From Clostridiales bacterium (GTDB taxonomy: Bacteria; Bacillota; Clostridia; Christensenellales; DUVY01), in the NCBI GenBank assembly GCA_031263605.1, contig JAISFM010000153.1, positions 1 to 15,709 of the forward strand: a stretch of 15,709 nt of DNA, written 5' to 3'. Position numbers and translations under genes: made by a program. Under the pieces are notes generated by a model. The model did not search any database and had not been told where the DNA came from. It saw only the letters and a program-made list of their open reading frames with translations. Positions 14,477 to 15,709 of the stretch are shown here, piece after piece. Position 1 is the stretch's first letter. Each line of letters starts with the position of its first letter.

Positions 14477-15354
14477 GGATTATTTCAAATTTTAAGGACT
14501 ACTACGACTTTGCGGGCTTTGCCGCGCGTGACGGCGATTATAGGGAAACCGTATACTTGCGCAAGCCCGCGTTAAAAGTAACGGACGTGCCGCAGGAATA
14601 TGCCGACGCCAATCCTCAAAATTATTACGGCGGCGGCTTGGACGCGGTTACATCGAAGTGGTGGACGAAAAACAAAAAGGTATTTTCTTTGCCCGATACG
14701 CCCGGCGGCGCGCGGCCGGGCTGCCTTTTTGTATGCGGTAAAGCCTATCCGTTTTTATTCCTGCGCGGGGCGGCTCGAATCGGCGCGGACGGTAAAGGCG
14801 GGCAAATTAGGTTTTCAAAGTATTTTAACGACGCTATCAAAGACAGTATCGCTAAAAAGCGGGAAAAGCATAATTGGGAGCGCGATAGAAAAGACGAGGA
14901 CGAATTCAATTTTTTTAGAGTTTATTATTCTATGCGTGAATTTTTTGAGGACGCGACGGCCGAAAAGCATACCGTTTATTATTCCCGACGGTATAGATCG
15001 GATAATTTAGAGCGCGACCTAACGCGATTCTTTGACTTTTATGAGGGCAAAGATTTTACCGAGTTGCATTTGCGTTTGGATTGCCCGATTTTCCTTACGC
15101 TTTTTCAGGAAAGCGGAGTTAGGCGGGGCGATTTACGGCGCGAATACGAATTTGTTTTAAATCCGAACCTCTATGAATTTGATTTCGCAAGGGTTATGAG
15201 CGGCGATATTTTAGCGCAGGAACTGGATATGTTTTTAGGGAACGCGCTTGTCAAGGACAGTATGCCGCTTTCATACCAGTCCGATATCGATAAACTGACG
15301 GCATACGGTTTCGACGCCGTAACGTCGTTTCGGACTATAAAAGACAAGAAATAG
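14473..15354 (+). CDS. Hypothetical protein, 293 aa. Its start overlaps the prfH stop (ATGA), making it the third gene of the rtcB2-prfH operon.
   Basis: The 4-nt overlap implies translational coupling. GC3-rich coding-like usage. No recognisable motif. Confidence 0.6.
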   Translation: MRIISNFKDYYDFAGFAARDGDYRETVYLRKPALKVTDVPQEYADANPQNYYGGGLDAVTSKWWTKNKKVFSLPDTPGGARPGCLFVCGKAYPFLFLRGAARIGADGKGGQIRFSKYFNDAIKDSIAKKREKHNWERDRKDEDEFNFFRVYYSMREFFEDATAEKHTVYYSRRYRSDNLERDLTRFFDFYEGKDFTELHLRLDCPIFLTLFQESGVRRGDLRREYEFVLNPNLYEFDFARVMSGDILAQELDMFLGNALVKDSMPLSYQSDIDKLTAYGFDAVTSFRTIKDKK

Positions 15355-15364
15355 CCCGCCTCAT

Positions 15365-15506
15365 TTAAACGGACATTTTTCTCATGTTTGCCCGTCAAGA
15401 AAGCCCAATCAGAAGAAAATAGTCCGACTTCAAGCGGAAACATCGGACAGAGTAGAAAGAAAAATGCCCGTATCGGGTCGATATCTCGCGGCTTGCCGCG
15501 TTGACA
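15365..15506 (+). ncRNA. R3 conserved element, copy 2, beginning 11 nt after the operon stop. It is followed by a perfect GC hairpin ccccgccg-cttg-cggcgggg at 15541-15560.
   Basis: Aligns with 4661-4800 over its whole length. Confidence 0.35.
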
Positions 15507-15627
15507 GATTAAACTATACCACTCTTAACCTACATGATGCCCCGCCGCTTGCGGCGGGGCGGGTGCCCCTTCGATCGGCCGCGGGAATAAAAACATTAGT
15601 TTCTTTCAGAAACTTGCGTTCAAACGC

Positions 15628-15690
15628 TTGACAAGGAGGGGAGCGATGTGGTAGTATATACAGGCTGTCTTTAAAAGGCAGTTGTTTTTT
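15628..15690 (+). promoter_or_regulatory. Promoter-like TTGACA (15628-15633) with an 18-bp spacer and TAGTAT (15652-15657), followed by a short hairpin plus T-run (15662-15690) at the window edge
   Basis: Hexamer match only. The downstream context is cut off by the window end. Confidence 0.3.
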
Positions 15691-15709
15691 GCACTTTTTA
15701 GGGCGTTGG

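Overview
The window looks like a Gram-positive accessory region, probably clostridial. Its genes are GGAGG-type RBSs, TTGACA/TATAAT promoters and a DUF1540 gene all point that way, and coding GC is about 55-60% with AT-rich intergenic spacers. The coding content leans heavily toward nucleic-acid end-healing, sealing and ribosome-rescue functions.

Supported genes, in order:
- a 5'-truncated calcineurin-type metallophosphoesterase;
- a 290-aa hypothetical protein with an ADP-ribosyltransferase-like H..Y..E spacing, convergent with a NUDIX hydrolase;
- a DUF1540 protein;
- a minimal nucleotidyltransferase-only ATP-dependent DNA ligase;
- a DUF2188 protein;
- a MarR regulator with an acidic repeat tail;
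- a frameshifted small membrane ORF;
- tRNA-Gln(TTG);
- two overlapping paralogous WYL-domain regulators (PafBC-like pair), transcribed divergently from a canonical RtcB RNA ligase;
- a tRNA-like T-arm in the gene-free 500 nt after rtcB, a Y-RNA/YrlA-like candidate;
- an SPFH/band-7 protein;
- a second RtcB paralog translationally coupled to release-factor H (PrfH), forming the known RtcB2-PrfH ribosome rescue/repair module. Here it is preceded by a promoter, an 11-codon leader ORF and a terminator (attenuator-like), and followed by a third uncharacterised 293-aa gene whose start overlaps the prfH stop by ATGA.

The intergenic spacers carry at least four families of short dispersed repeats. 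These are a ~110-bp palindromic MITE/REP-like element (R1), a 55-bp repeat (R2), a ~145-nt conserved element in two copies (R3) and a 'gtttgtacac' module (R4). There are also local tandem and low-complexity tracts.

The most interesting candidates are the three-gene rtcB2-prfH-orf3 unit with its leader attenuator, the rtcB-associated tRNA-like RNA, and the tandem WYL pair as a possible RtcR-replacing sensor/regulator.

All calls rest on reading the sequence and recalling family motifs. No searches were run.
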